Shown: in pieces, positions 27,826 to 38,953 of the stretch
How the letters are laid out: each line of letters starts with the position of its first letter
Numbering within the stretch: the stretch's first letter is position 1
Source of the DNA: a virus
Virus record (IMG/VR): IMGVR_UViG_3300009181_006602
Coordinates: 1 to 64,000 of that record
Length of the DNA: 64,000 nt
Direction: 5' to 3' (one strand)
The notes under the pieces: generated by a model
Database searches by the model: none
The model's input: the letters and a program-made list of their open reading frames with translations, nothing else
What the model was told of the DNA's origin: nothing
Program-made: the position numbers and the translations under genes

Positions 27826-29967
27826 TTAAACCGTTGTCAATTCATAAGGGTCATCTATGACAATCTTTAATGAATCACTTTTTTGATTTTGAAGATTAAT
27901 AAATTGAATCTTATAATAAGCATTGTCTTGTTTCGTAGAAACCATTCGCTGAATTAATCCAGTTTCATTGATTATCTTAAAATATTCAGGCATAAAATAA
28001 ACCTTTAGTTTAGTAGAACTAAATCCATCAGTCTTTATAACGTCTTTAAACGCGTCGACGTTTATGTGCAAGTTCGGATAAGGTTTCGGTGCACCGGCCG
28101 AACTAATCAATTTTTTCACCAAAATATTTTTAAAAAAATCAAAAGTAACTTCAAACTGCGAACCATAGTTTGAAGACATCCCGTGTGCATCGATTGAAGT
28201 AATAGCGTAAATATATTTAGAAGATTTTTGACTTTCAACGTCGATCTTAAAATCTTCATCTATAAAAAACAATACAGGTTGATCAGAATATTCAACAAAC
28301 TGTAGAACTTCTGGGGACATATTTTTAGCGTTGCCGTCGACAACTTCTCCGGTACGATACTTTAATTTAGATTGATCAAAGCACTTTTGTACGATTAATT
28401 CAAACGGTTCTTCAATCTTTTCTCTTCTAAAAACTTGAAATTGTGTAATGTCTCTTTGCGAATTAACCGGCATGCCCCAGGCAACTTGTAGGCTTTTTTT
28501 CCTATAATCCCATATAAAATTTAGTTCTACTGGATGAGGAGGTGGAACAAATTCAAAGGTTTTGACTGTAGTCGTAACAGGATGCGATCCTATATAATAT
28601 TGAATTTCCCTTATTTCATTTGTTTCTTCGTCATAACCCGTTGTAGAAATTCTTACAATCGATCTAATAGAATAAAAATACTCTTTACCTAAAAGAATAG
28701 ACGTATCAATAAAATCGAGTACATAAGCATTTTCTACTGTGTAAGTTTTATCCTTTTCATAACCATCTGCAGTATAGATGGATCTTTCTATCAGATAACC
28801 GATTAATCCTGCAGAAGTTTCAAAAGCATCAGGCGTTTGTATCGCAGGACCGACATACACAGGTTGTGTGTATACGTCGTCTATCTCTGCAGTTTCTTTA
28901 TGGACAAGCGTATAGTTTTTATTTATTTTTTTCCTTTCGTGAGGAAATAAAGAAGATGAAGCAAATATGTCTATTGCAGCTAATTTATTAATCTGCAAAT
29001 TTAACGGATTTTTATTTGCTTTAGCTTTTAATGCTTCATATCCGGAATTAATTTTTATTTGATTATTACTAGAATCATAAAAAGTTATACCATGACTACG
29101 CGCAGAATCAGTAGCAATATCCTCTACGCTTTTTACCGAGGATGCTATATTTAAAAACTTATCCTTTTCCGATACAGCGCCTCTAATTGTTTGATTAGTT
29201 AAAGAATAGTTTTTTAGTGAATTTTTGTTATATGTATCGACAAGTTTTGATAAGCTAAATCCTGAATCGCCTAGTTCATCATTTGATAACGAATATTGTT
29301 GTTGTTTATTTATTTGATTAATAGAATTAGGAAATGTGTCTCTAGCTTGTCGCGCAGGTTGAGCAGCAGTTATAACTTTTGGAATACCCATAGGCGAGCT
29401 ATAGTCTATAGAAGTTTTATTTTGCGTGAAACTTGTATTAGTCATTGATGATTGAGGAACATCCATGGAGTCTTTGCTAGTGCCGGCCGCTATCTCAGGA
29501 AAAGCATCTTCTATCCCAGGATATAACTTTCCGCCGAGACTCATTATCTCAGAACTTGCGTCTCGAATAGAATCATAATTTGAAACAGAGTGAGAAGAAA
29601 ACTTCGATTTTAAAAAAGATTCTTCGGTTTGAATTTTATCTAAATTTGATTCAATCGAAGTAGCCGGGCTGTTGGCAAGAAGAAGTCCTGCAGGTGCAAT
29701 AGACCCTACAGGACCGTGCCATTGAAGTTTAATGTATCGTGGAATACGGAGCGAGAAATCTATAACTTCAGAATTGATTTGTTCTATAGACTTTCTTTTT
29801 AAATGATTGGGGATATTAGAATTTTCATTAGTTCGTTCATCTATTGTGTAATAGTTGTAAAAAAAATTTGAAATAAACTCAGTAACGTTGGGTACCTTCA
29901 TAGAAACTACAGGCGACGATGGCTTAGAAAAACTAGACATTACTGTTTCTGGTTTAGAAAATGTCAT
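27826..29967 (-). CDS. Large putative virion protein with FN3-like domains
   Basis: LQVAW...FQVFRR...FIDED...YIYAITSIDAHG.SS FN3-like pattern; located in the structural block. Confidence 0.55.
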   Translation of the reverse strand: MTFSKPETVMSSFSKPSSPVVSMKVPNVTEFISNFFYNYYTIDERTNENSNIPNHLKRKSIEQINSEVIDFSLRIPRYIKLQWHGPVGSIAPAGLLLANSPATSIESNLDKIQTEESFLKSKFSSHSVSNYDSIRDASSEIMSLGGKLYPGIEDAFPEIAAGTSKDSMDVPQSSMTNTSFTQNKTSIDYSSPMGIPKVITAAQPARQARDTFPNSINQINKQQQYSLSNDELGDSGFSLSKLVDTYNKNSLKNYSLTNQTIRGAVSEKDKFLNIASSVKSVEDIATDSARSHGITFYDSSNNQIKINSGYEALKAKANKNPLNLQINKLAAIDIFASSSLFPHERKKINKNYTLVHKETAEIDDVYTQPVYVGPAIQTPDAFETSAGLIGYLIERSIYTADGYEKDKTYTVENAYVLDFIDTSILLGKEYFYSIRSIVRISTTGYDEETNEIREIQYYIGSHPVTTTVKTFEFVPPPHPVELNFIWDYRKKSLQVAWGMPVNSQRDITQFQVFRREKIEEPFELIVQKCFDQSKLKYRTGEVVDGNAKNMSPEVLQFVEYSDQPVLFFIDEDFKIDVESQKSSKYIYAITSIDAHGMSSNYGSQFEVTFDFFKNILVKKLISSAGAPKPYPNLHINVDAFKDVIKTDGFSSTKLKVYFMPEYFKIINETGLIQRMVSTKQDNAYYKIQFINLQNQKSDSLKIVIDDPYELTTV

Positions 29968-32900
29968 GATGCTTCCGTCCCTTCATACGTTTCTAACGCT
30001 ACATAATATTTGTCGAATGTAGGTTCATTTATGTCATTTCTACTTAACGAAGAAATGTCGCCTGTCGAGCCAATATACTTTTCTATTACGCTTTGTGGCG
30101 TCCTTTCATCAATTTCGAAATCGTCTGGATCGAAGATAATGTGAAATGCTCTGTCAAACTTTTTTGGTAAAATTAACGATCTTATCATTGATAAATCGCT
30201 AGTTAGCAACGTGTCATCATTATAGAAGTTTTCTGCGGTGCTTTTCATAGCAGTGCTGCCTCCAGGCAATTCGGCAACAAACTTAGAGAATTGAGATTGA
30301 GATTTTTGAGAGATAACATTATATTGTTGATATTTGTGTTCGTCAAAAGGCAGGTCTGTAGTGAGTCGTAAATACTCTTCCATTAAAAAGCTTGTCGAAT
30401 GATTATCAAAAATTTCACTAAAATCTTTATCTGATAAAAATGAATAATCTGTATCTTTAAGAGACGATTTTTCTAATGCATCTATCAATTTAAAATTATA
30501 ATCTTCTGTATTTTTCAAATGTGGTATATTTTCGATTACGTTTTTATCAAACAACTGAAATGAAGAAGCTTCTGACATCATCCCGCGGGGAGAATTTGAT
30601 GGACCTGTTGTTGTAAATATATCTTCGCTTTCTGATACGCTAAATCCATTATCAACGAAGTTTTTCAAAATTCTAGTCGGAAACAATCCTAGATCGAAAA
30701 GATATTTTTTTGGTCTATAGATCACATCCGGTAAAAATGAATTTACTCTATAGATACACAAATTAACCAAACTATTTCTATGTCGAAGTCCGCTTAAGTT
30801 AGAAGAATTTATTCTCATTCTTCTGTGCAGCTTTTGAGGTATACCTATCGAAATAATTTTTTTATTAGAACCTACACCTTCGACAAATTCTTTGGATGCT
30901 AAAAACCCCTTTAAAAAAGTGTTCCAGGCGACGAGATGAACATCTTCTATAGGCAACACACTTTCGATATTATTAACATCTCTTAGACTTTGAAAATGAG
31001 GATTTGAATCTCTAATAGGAGAAATGTAATCTTTTGCTAGTCTAGTTGCATAATCTTCAAATTTACTTCTCATCAATAAGAGTTGTTCTTCAGACAATAA
31101 AGATCTAGCTAACGCTGGATTGCCTATTTGTCTAGACAATATAAGCAATGTTCTTCCGTATAATCCTGATTTGAGCGACAAATTATTTTTTAATAACGTA
31201 AATTCACTTTTTAGTTGATAAACGAATGAATAAAATTTATCAATAAATCTAGTCGTTTTTGTATTGTAATCCGTCAACATGTTTTCTACCTTAACAATAA
31301 TTTCATCATAATGTAGCGCAACTAATTGAGGAACATTCGAATTAGAGGGTAGGTCAAAAATCCTAATTTCACGTTTAAATGTTGGTGGCAATTCAAAAAC
31401 TCTTATGTTTTGTTTAGGCGTATTTATTTTTTTAATTCCGGTTATCGAAGAATTATAGACTTTATTTGCACTTGAGAATAAAGTTGGCGAGTTGGGAAGT
31501 CCAAAAGATTGATTTTTATACACATCGTTTTCAATTAAATTAAACTTAGTAATCCCTTGATTCGCCTCTGACGCGCTAAGAAAAACTTGAACAACTGAAT
31601 TTTTTATCTTATTAATCGTTATTTTGTGGCTTGATTCTCCGCGCGCGGAAGGCTTCTTTATTGACCCTAATCTCTCAGGATTAGCAAGATGAACCATTAA
31701 GCAGCATAATTTGAATATAGAAATTAGATATAAGGTTTTTTGAATTCCTGTGTATGTTGATTTTTTATCTGCTGAAAAACCTGTATTGTTATTAGTGATA
31801 TTTAAAATTTGAGTTGCAGCGGCAAAATTACTTCTATTTTGATCTAGAAAAAATCTTCCGTTAGTTTTTGAATTTTGGTTATCAACATCAAAATTTTCAT
31901 TAAATTGAGTCAGCAGCGCGCCAATCTTACTTAATATTTTTAAACCTGAAGAGCCATTAGAATTATATTGAGACAATAGTGCTTGTTTTATTACGTTAAG
32001 CGACAAAACAGTTTCTTCGCGGACCTTTGATGTAGCGTCTATGACTTCTTCAACAAATAAGCTTTTAACTCTTTTCATGATAGTCTCTACCAGGATTATT
32101 CTAATAGTACTATCAGCAGGAGCAGAAACATCACCATAGTTTGATTCATTCGCCGTCGAAAATGCATTTGCAGAATACATCTGTAGTAAAAACAATAAAG
32201 ACTGTAATTCAGCGTCGTCTTTATCCAATGCCAGTGAAATCAATAATGCGCTCACATCGTTATCTTTATCTTTAAATTGCTTATTAGTCCATAACTTAGG
32301 ACCGCCGCTTCGCCTTAATAAACCTGATCCGTCTAAAATATTTTTTTCTATATGTCTAAGCAAATTCACAGGATTAGAAAGAGAATCTTTTATGTCTTCT
32401 TGCAGTCGATTTTTTGCGCTCGCCGAGTTTACTTCGGCTGAGAGTCGCACAAATGTATTAGTTAGTGAGACGCCTGATTCTGAAGCTTTCGTAATTTTGT
32501 TCAATGCGCTTGAATATGGAATTGCTGGCTTAAATGATAAATCATCTTTAACCATCTTTAACATATTCGTGGCGGAATTTAGTCTTGATGAATATCGATC
32601 TAAACGCGTGGCATCGAACCCTCCTTTAACTGGGTTTATAGAACTCTCAAGATAATAAATCGTTCCAGGTGTTATTACTACGTTAGGTCTTACAGTACCT
32701 ACATTGTCGTTAATATATCTATCCTCAAATGACAACACCTCTACTCCATCTGGTTCTATGGTTTGTGCTAAACTAACCAGTGACTTGCCACCCCCAAGAG
32801 GCGTCGGCGCAATATCTGTTATATCGTCGCCGACTTGTCCAATAAAATAATTCCAGATATTAGAGTTTTTACCGCCAAAATTGAATGGATAACCGTAATC

Positions 32901-33971
32901 AGTAACGATCGTTGATCTCATTTTAGTAGAATAAACGTACTCTTTACATAAAAGATGACTTAGCTTTGCTATCGATTCATCTATACTAGAGGCATCAGAA
33001 AATATTTTTTCATTAAAAATAGAACTATTGATATCGTTTGAACTAAACGCAGCAGCGGTAACTGTTATAATCGCGCCGATAGAACCAGCATCGCTTTTTA
33101 ATAAACTTTGTATAGGGTAAGTTAGCACTTGTTTTTCATTAAATTTAAACTTTTTTATTAATGAAGACCTAGCAGGATTAAGACTAAGTGCGTCGTAATA
33201 AGAAGAATTATAAGGATCTATTCCTAAAGCCGTACCGTCAGATAAAAAAGACTGAGGCATTCCATTAGCTAAAATTTCTTTTAATTCTAGACAACTTTGC
33301 AGCCAGATCTTAGTCGGTGTCCACGAATTAGTAACATTAGAAGACTCGTTTAATATATCTTCAACGCTTAGTGGTAGCGAATTAGCATAAAAATTTTGCG
33401 CGTCCGGATCAGTCAAGTCGTAATCAGATGGAAGTATATCAATAAGCTTTAATATATTAATGTCGATCGGATATCTAAAATCCAACTTTTTTCTAATTGA
33501 TGAAAAATGATTTAAAAGTTCCTCAATCCCGCTAGAATGTGTCAGCAGATATTCGGATATTCGATCAGCGCGACCTTCGGCATCAGCTTGTAAAGAGTTT
33601 CCGACTAAAGGATTAGTAAGTAAATCTTGTATAATTTTTGATGATCTAATAAGAATAGAATCTTGTTTCGTTTGTAAATATTCTCCGAATTCGTTTAATC
33701 GATTTTGACTATCGTAAACAGGTAAGAAACTTGAAAAAGCTATAATCTCAGGACTATTACTAATAATACCTGTAGTCGTATCAAAAGGCTCAACTTTTTT
33801 TTGTTGATTTATGCTAGGAATCGTAAACGTTTCATCTAAATTAGTCTTTGAAGTTTCATAAGAAACACTAGAAGGCTTAGGAATTTCAAAATTAGCAATA
33901 TTATGAGCAGAACCCCCGATGGATTGAGCAACTACGTTTCCGTGTCTTAAGACTCTAGATTTTGATAACAT
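29964..33971 (-). CDS. Very large hypothetical protein (1335 aa), probably virion-associated
   Basis: Uninterrupted ORF tightly coupled to both neighbours; no recognised motif. Confidence 0.7.
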   Translation of the reverse strand: MLSKSRVLRHGNVVAQSIGGSAHNIANFEIPKPSSVSYETSKTNLDETFTIPSINQQKKVEPFDTTTGIISNSPEIIAFSSFLPVYDSQNRLNEFGEYLQTKQDSILIRSSKIIQDLLTNPLVGNSLQADAEGRADRISEYLLTHSSGIEELLNHFSSIRKKLDFRYPIDINILKLIDILPSDYDLTDPDAQNFYANSLPLSVEDILNESSNVTNSWTPTKIWLQSCLELKEILANGMPQSFLSDGTALGIDPYNSSYYDALSLNPARSSLIKKFKFNEKQVLTYPIQSLLKSDAGSIGAIITVTAAAFSSNDINSSIFNEKIFSDASSIDESIAKLSHLLCKEYVYSTKMRSTIVTDYGYPFNFGGKNSNIWNYFIGQVGDDITDIAPTPLGGGKSLVSLAQTIEPDGVEVLSFEDRYINDNVGTVRPNVVITPGTIYYLESSINPVKGGFDATRLDRYSSRLNSATNMLKMVKDDLSFKPAIPYSSALNKITKASESGVSLTNTFVRLSAEVNSASAKNRLQEDIKDSLSNPVNLLRHIEKNILDGSGLLRRSGGPKLWTNKQFKDKDNDVSALLISLALDKDDAELQSLLFLLQMYSANAFSTANESNYGDVSAPADSTIRIILVETIMKRVKSLFVEEVIDATSKVREETVLSLNVIKQALLSQYNSNGSSGLKILSKIGALLTQFNENFDVDNQNSKTNGRFFLDQNRSNFAAATQILNITNNNTGFSADKKSTYTGIQKTLYLISIFKLCCLMVHLANPERLGSIKKPSARGESSHKITINKIKNSVVQVFLSASEANQGITKFNLIENDVYKNQSFGLPNSPTLFSSANKVYNSSITGIKKINTPKQNIRVFELPPTFKREIRIFDLPSNSNVPQLVALHYDEIIVKVENMLTDYNTKTTRFIDKFYSFVYQLKSEFTLLKNNLSLKSGLYGRTLLILSRQIGNPALARSLLSEEQLLLMRSKFEDYATRLAKDYISPIRDSNPHFQSLRDVNNIESVLPIEDVHLVAWNTFLKGFLASKEFVEGVGSNKKIISIGIPQKLHRRMRINSSNLSGLRHRNSLVNLCIYRVNSFLPDVIYRPKKYLFDLGLFPTRILKNFVDNGFSVSESEDIFTTTGPSNSPRGMMSEASSFQLFDKNVIENIPHLKNTEDYNFKLIDALEKSSLKDTDYSFLSDKDFSEIFDNHSTSFLMEEYLRLTTDLPFDEHKYQQYNVISQKSQSQFSKFVAELPGGSTAMKSTAENFYNDDTLLTSDLSMIRSLILPKKFDRAFHIIFDPDDFEIDERTPQSVIEKYIGSTGDISSLSRNDINEPTFDKYYVALETYEGTEAS

Positions 33972-36398
33972 TTATTTCTCCGAAATTTGTTGTTTAAAAT
34001 ACAACTCTTCTGGATCTACGACAACAGCATTAGATCTTAACGCTGTACCTACTGAAAAGTCATATAAAACAGGAATCACATAATAAATAATTGTTCCTAC
34101 GTCTGCTGGACCTAAAAAGTCGAATAATTCTTGTCCTATGAACGCGCCTAATAATTGTCTAGTCGAATTAGCTTCTTTGACAACAACAAAATGATCAAAC
34201 TCAGATAAATTACCCGTTAGGCTCCAGTGTAGTCTAATTTTATTTGCATCGATCCTTTCAGCAGCGAGCGAATTAATCATATATAGCTTATTCATGCCCG
34301 TCAGCAAATAGGTCGCTGTTACGCCTATCTCTCCATCCTCATCTATTTTTTTCATTATCATGTTATCTTGTTCATCAATAGCGGGAATGGTTCCACTTTC
34401 CAAATAAGAAGGTTGTCTCCACTTGTGAGGCTTATAACTAAAGGTCGATGGTGGCTCGCCGCCGTGATGGGGCAGATTCACTAAATGAACCAGCCCTTTA
34501 ATCATAGTAGCTGGATTTCTAGCATACGTTCTTACTTCATATAGATAATCGGCCGTGACATCTAAGTCTTCTATTCCATGCATCTTTCTATTGCTCATAT
34601 CATCATTAAGAAAATATTCGCTTTGGCTATTTCCCAATGATGCGTTCGATGTCAAATCGCTAAAAAATTCTCTAACTCCATTTTTTAAATTTATTCTTGC
34701 AACTTTATGATAGACTATATCGTCTAGTTTGTCTAAACCAGTATTTGGATTTACCTCTATAGAAACACCTGGGGCGTTTGCTGCAATAAGGCCGATTTTG
34801 TCAGAAACATAAGACCGAGTGCTGGTAATATTAAATCTGAAATTAGGACGACCATCAACTAAAGTTGATGTATGATTAGACGTTGCAACAGCAATTCCTT
34901 TATTATTAATTTTAAAATATTGATGTATCTTGCTAATGGATTGCCTTACTTCGCCAGTCGTCGTTTTATAACTCAAAAAATATTCATATATATCTCCACT
35001 TTTTACTTGGTCATCTACTAATAAAGTAGTGTCTCCTTCAAAATCTCTATATGGAATAATCACTTCTTTTTTTTCAAAAGAAGAACCGTTCCATGTAGAT
35101 CTACTAATTTGAAATTGTGCTGCATAAGATGGCGGATAGTTTAATGTAATCTCTACAGCGTCTGTCACACCAACATTTAATTTATCAGTAACTATCAAAG
35201 TTACGGTATCAATAGGCGTATTTTGTCCAGAAATTACGCCATCAGCGCGCGGATTCAACGTTGTAGTTAAGGCATCGCCTGTGATACATCTAAATATATT
35301 AAATTTGTTGTCAGGTATAGCTTCGCTTATAGCACATTCATCACCAACCACTAAAGTAGTATATTCGCTAGCTATACTATAGCGAGTACATTCTCCACGA
35401 TTATTCATTTCCTTTTTTTCTATTCTTATGTAACTAGAATTAGGATCATTTTGTATAACGCTAACTTCTTGACGGTCTTTCGTCGGTGCCGCAAGTTTAG
35501 GACGAATAATCGGTTGCTTAAAAAACTTTAAGTGTTTTGTAAGATTGACCGAAGTCGTCTTTCTTTCGACAGGAACTTCGTTTACAATAAGTCTTGCTTT
35601 TTTATTTCTTTCTAGTTTAAAAAGTTCTAATTGTACTTCGAAACTTCCTTGCACCAGATTTTTTGGTATCAATAGATACACTGGTATAGACACCTTATCA
35701 ACAAGCTTTCTTTTTTTTGCTGACCGATAATAGGCACTTTCGCGAGGCAAAGATTGCAGCGCATCGCGTATATAATATTTTCTAATCGAGTTAATAATTT
35801 CGTAATCAGTCCTATCAAGTTGTAAATTGACAACTTTCATCGGATGGACAAGAAAATTAGAAATTAATTCTAGATTAAGTTTTCTAATATCACCTTGATC
35901 GACATCGGATGAATCGTATAATGCATTACGGTTATTAACTAATTCTAAACTATCTAAATAAGAATACATCCCTTCTATCTGAGATGCATGTACTCCAGAC
36001 TGTAGCGCGCGCGCTACCTCGGGGTCTATATAATCGCGTAGATTAGCAACGCCTTCTGCAATTACACTATTGCTTTTTGCTATAGCTTGTTTCACTTGTC
36101 TAACGTGTTTAAATTGAATATTTTCAATTTCAAACTTGCCTTGTTGTGCTATAATGGCTTTTTTCTTTGGAGGCTGCGCACTTAATTTTTGAATATTAGA
36201 ATTGTCTTCAATAAAAACATTTTGATTAATACACTTGATGACTACTTTACTAAGGAATTTATTGGCTATCGCTATTTTAGAAACTCTAAAAACGAATTCA
36301 AAAACGTATGCTTCTTCGATTTCGTCAATTAACGTTGCGAAATGAGGCGTAAATTCTATTAGGTTTTTTTGTTTATTCGTAAAAGAATATGATTGCAT
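33972..36398 (-). CDS. Large putative virion protein with FN3/Ig-like repeats
   Basis: FQISRS...LVDDQVKSGDIYEY, YLYEVRT and IRLHW...YYVIPV FN3-like patterns. Confidence 0.55.
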   Translation of the reverse strand: MQSYSFTNKQKNLIEFTPHFATLIDEIEEAYVFEFVFRVSKIAIANKFLSKVVIKCINQNVFIEDNSNIQKLSAQPPKKKAIIAQQGKFEIENIQFKHVRQVKQAIAKSNSVIAEGVANLRDYIDPEVARALQSGVHASQIEGMYSYLDSLELVNNRNALYDSSDVDQGDIRKLNLELISNFLVHPMKVVNLQLDRTDYEIINSIRKYYIRDALQSLPRESAYYRSAKKRKLVDKVSIPVYLLIPKNLVQGSFEVQLELFKLERNKKARLIVNEVPVERKTTSVNLTKHLKFFKQPIIRPKLAAPTKDRQEVSVIQNDPNSSYIRIEKKEMNNRGECTRYSIASEYTTLVVGDECAISEAIPDNKFNIFRCITGDALTTTLNPRADGVISGQNTPIDTVTLIVTDKLNVGVTDAVEITLNYPPSYAAQFQISRSTWNGSSFEKKEVIIPYRDFEGDTTLLVDDQVKSGDIYEYFLSYKTTTGEVRQSISKIHQYFKINNKGIAVATSNHTSTLVDGRPNFRFNITSTRSYVSDKIGLIAANAPGVSIEVNPNTGLDKLDDIVYHKVARINLKNGVREFFSDLTSNASLGNSQSEYFLNDDMSNRKMHGIEDLDVTADYLYEVRTYARNPATMIKGLVHLVNLPHHGGEPPSTFSYKPHKWRQPSYLESGTIPAIDEQDNMIMKKIDEDGEIGVTATYLLTGMNKLYMINSLAAERIDANKIRLHWSLTGNLSEFDHFVVVKEANSTRQLLGAFIGQELFDFLGPADVGTIIYYVIPVLYDFSVGTALRSNAVVVDPEELYFKQQISEK

Positions 36399-36410
36399 CG
36401 TAACTTCTCT

Positions 36411-37409
36411 CTAAAAATCTTCTTCATTAGATCCGAAGACTAAAGTAAATAAATGTATGAAACAATCAGATCCCGAATCATCGACTATAAGTTTTCCAAT
36501 AAAAAACACGTGATGACTTGCTACTTTGATAGATTGCGAATTATTATAAACCTTGCCGTAGTCAATAACGTCTAGTTTTCTTACTTCGTTATTTGTTATT
36601 TCAAAAAATTGTGCAACAATATCATTATCTCTTGATGTTGGATCGAAATAAATTACTCTTGAGTTTTCTTCATAGCTCTTTAGTTCTTGCGTTATTCTTT
36701 TAAACGTAAGTTTTTCAATTTTCCCCCATGGAGGATAGTTTCCTAACCCATATCCGCTATTAATTAAAGCTGAGATGTTCGTTTTGTCAGCGGTGCCTGG
36801 TCTTGTCTTCTTAATAGGTGGCAGCCATTTAAAGTTAATTAAATTTCTTAACTTTTCATCATTAAATAGTGAGTCTATTAAAGACGTATTCGTTGGTTGA
36901 ATTAATTGAATCGTTTCTTTATTAGGTACGATTTTAAATTCTACCTCGTTAGGGCTCAAGGCAAATTGATCATCATTAAACAATCTGTCTATCGTACTTA
37001 AAATTTGTAGTTGTTTGAAACTATCTATAGAGGAACTTAATATACCTTCTATTTGAGAAGCGAATTTAGATCCAGAGACTATGGTATCGGAAATGGAGCC
37101 AGATATAAAATTCGTCTCTACTTTTTTTAATTTCCCGCGACTAATGTTATGAGTAGGATTGTATGAATTTAATAAACCTGAATCATCTGCTTCAAAAGTT
37201 ATTTGATCTTGTGGAACGTTAAACGCTTCAAGATATATTTTCCTAGTCGGGTCTATGTGGCCTTCTAATGTATCTGATTCATAAACAACATGAGCGTCGG
37301 TAAACGTAGCGTAATTGATACTAAACGTGTTAGCAGCAAGTTGACGTCTACCTTCATGCGTTATAATCGCATCAATCACTCTAGATTTATTATCTAATAT
37401 TCCGCTCAT
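36411..37409 (-). CDS. Putative baseplate/tail structural protein, paralog of 27055..27762
   Basis: MSGILDNKSRVIDAIITHEGRRQLA...FTDAHVVY...LEAF aligns with MGYLDN...ILDAVLTDFGRQALA...LGDDEVNY...FEAF. Confidence 0.6.
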   Translation of the reverse strand: MSGILDNKSRVIDAIITHEGRRQLAANTFSINYATFTDAHVVYESDTLEGHIDPTRKIYLEAFNVPQDQITFEADDSGLLNSYNPTHNISRGKLKKVETNFISGSISDTIVSGSKFASQIEGILSSSIDSFKQLQILSTIDRLFNDDQFALSPNEVEFKIVPNKETIQLIQPTNTSLIDSLFNDEKLRNLINFKWLPPIKKTRPGTADKTNISALINSGYGLGNYPPWGKIEKLTFKRITQELKSYEENSRVIYFDPTSRDNDIVAQFFEITNNEVRKLDVIDYGKVYNNSQSIKVASHHVFFIGKLIVDDSGSDCFIHLFTLVFGSNEEDF

Positions 37410-37459
37410 GTTTCTACATACCAAATATGTAAGATTGTTAGAATGTGGCCTATTTAGTG

Positions 37460-38875
37460 CTAGAGTATCTTGGATGCCAAGGTGGCTAATTCCGAGCGCT
37501 CGCCCTTAATAAGACTAACATGACCTGCGATGCTATGTTCTTTAAACTTTTCAACTGCATAAGTTAAGCCATTTGTAAAAGTATCAACGTGAACGTTGTC
37601 AATCTGTTCAATGTCTCCAGTGAGAACTATTTTAGTTCCGTCGCCAACTCGAGTAATAATAGTCTTCAATTCATGCATCGAAAGATTTTGAGCCTCATCA
37701 ATAATAACATAAGCGTTTGGAATTGATCGACCTCGAATAAATGTAATCGCCTCTATTTCAATAAGCCCTTTTTCTTGCATTAGTGCCAAATAATATTCAT
37801 CGCTAATTCTAGACTTTGCTGAGTCGGCCACAGCACGTTTTTTATTTCCTTTTCTATTATTCATTAAGAAATTAATATTATCTCTAATTGGTGCTATCCA
37901 TGGTTCCATTTTTTCTTCGAGTGTGCCTGGAAGAAATCCGATGTCTTTACCGACAGGCTGGACAGGTCTAGTCACAATAAGCTTTTCATATTTAGCATGG
38001 TCAGGACTTCCTATTCCTTTAAGCTGTTCTAGTGCAGCCGCAATAGCCAATAAAGTTTTTCCTGTACCTGATGGACCAGTTAGCGTAAGAAGTTTAATAT
38101 CATTGTCGAATAGTAGATCTAACGAAAATGTTTGTTCTTTGTTACGAGGCTTAAGTCCAAAAGCTTGTTCAATTTTAGCAATAGGAATTAACGGTTGCGA
38201 AGGCTCAATACACTTTGTCAACGCTGATCTTGTCGTCTTTCCGTCTATGCCTGTGTTTTTTATTACAACTATTTGATTTGGATACAACGAGTTGTTGCTT
38301 GCTTCTTCAGGCGAAAGTAATAACTCACTTTCTTTATAAAATTGTTCTACACGATTCTCATTGACCTCGACAACAGCAACGCCTCTATAGAAGTGCTCGG
38401 CGTCAGGAGTTACTCTCATGTTTAAATAATCCTCGCACTTGATTCCTAAAGAATCGCACTTAATTCTAACATTAATATCCTTACTAACAAGAATAGCAAA
38501 CTTACTATTCTCATAATTGTTAAAGACGCTTTCTTGCTTAAGCTGCAACATAAAAGAAATAATCATGTTATCTACCTTGGAAGATGATAGCTCAGGAGGC
38601 AAATTAATTAAGCTTCCAGGATTTATTGCGGCAATTCTTAACGTGCCACCTCTTTGTAGCGCAACGCCTTCAACTAAACTACCTTTTAATCGCAGCGCGT
38701 CGAGTGTCTTAGATGTTTGTCTAGCATTTCTTCCAACCTCATCAAGACGACTTTTATGATGATCAAGTTCTTCGAGTACTGCCATCGGTATAATAAGATC
38801 ATTGTCTTCAAATGAAAATATCGCAGATGGATCACTAAGCAAAACGTTGGTGTCTAAAACGTATGTTTTTTTCAT
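37460..38875 (-). CDS. phoH: PIN-PhoH (PhoH2-type) protein
   Basis: N-terminal PIN (YVLDTNVLL, EELD, DN, SKD.N.R) plus PhoH ATPase (GPSGTGKT, IGFLPG, RGRSI, DEAQN, GDIEQID). Confidence 0.95.
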   Translation of the reverse strand: MKKTYVLDTNVLLSDPSAIFSFEDNDLIIPMAVLEELDHHKSRLDEVGRNARQTSKTLDALRLKGSLVEGVALQRGGTLRIAAINPGSLINLPPELSSSKVDNMIISFMLQLKQESVFNNYENSKFAILVSKDINVRIKCDSLGIKCEDYLNMRVTPDAEHFYRGVAVVEVNENRVEQFYKESELLLSPEEASNNSLYPNQIVVIKNTGIDGKTTRSALTKCIEPSQPLIPIAKIEQAFGLKPRNKEQTFSLDLLFDNDIKLLTLTGPSGTGKTLLAIAAALEQLKGIGSPDHAKYEKLIVTRPVQPVGKDIGFLPGTLEEKMEPWIAPIRDNINFLMNNRKGNKKRAVADSAKSRISDEYYLALMQEKGLIEIEAITFIRGRSIPNAYVIIDEAQNLSMHELKTIITRVGDGTKIVLTGDIEQIDNVHVDTFTNGLTYAVEKFKEHSIAGHVSLIKGERSELATLASKIL

Positions 38876-38953
38876 ATAACCTATAAACAATTATACTATA
38901 TAATTAAACAATTAAATACTGATTTCATAGGATTGTCTAAGTTAGACAATCCT

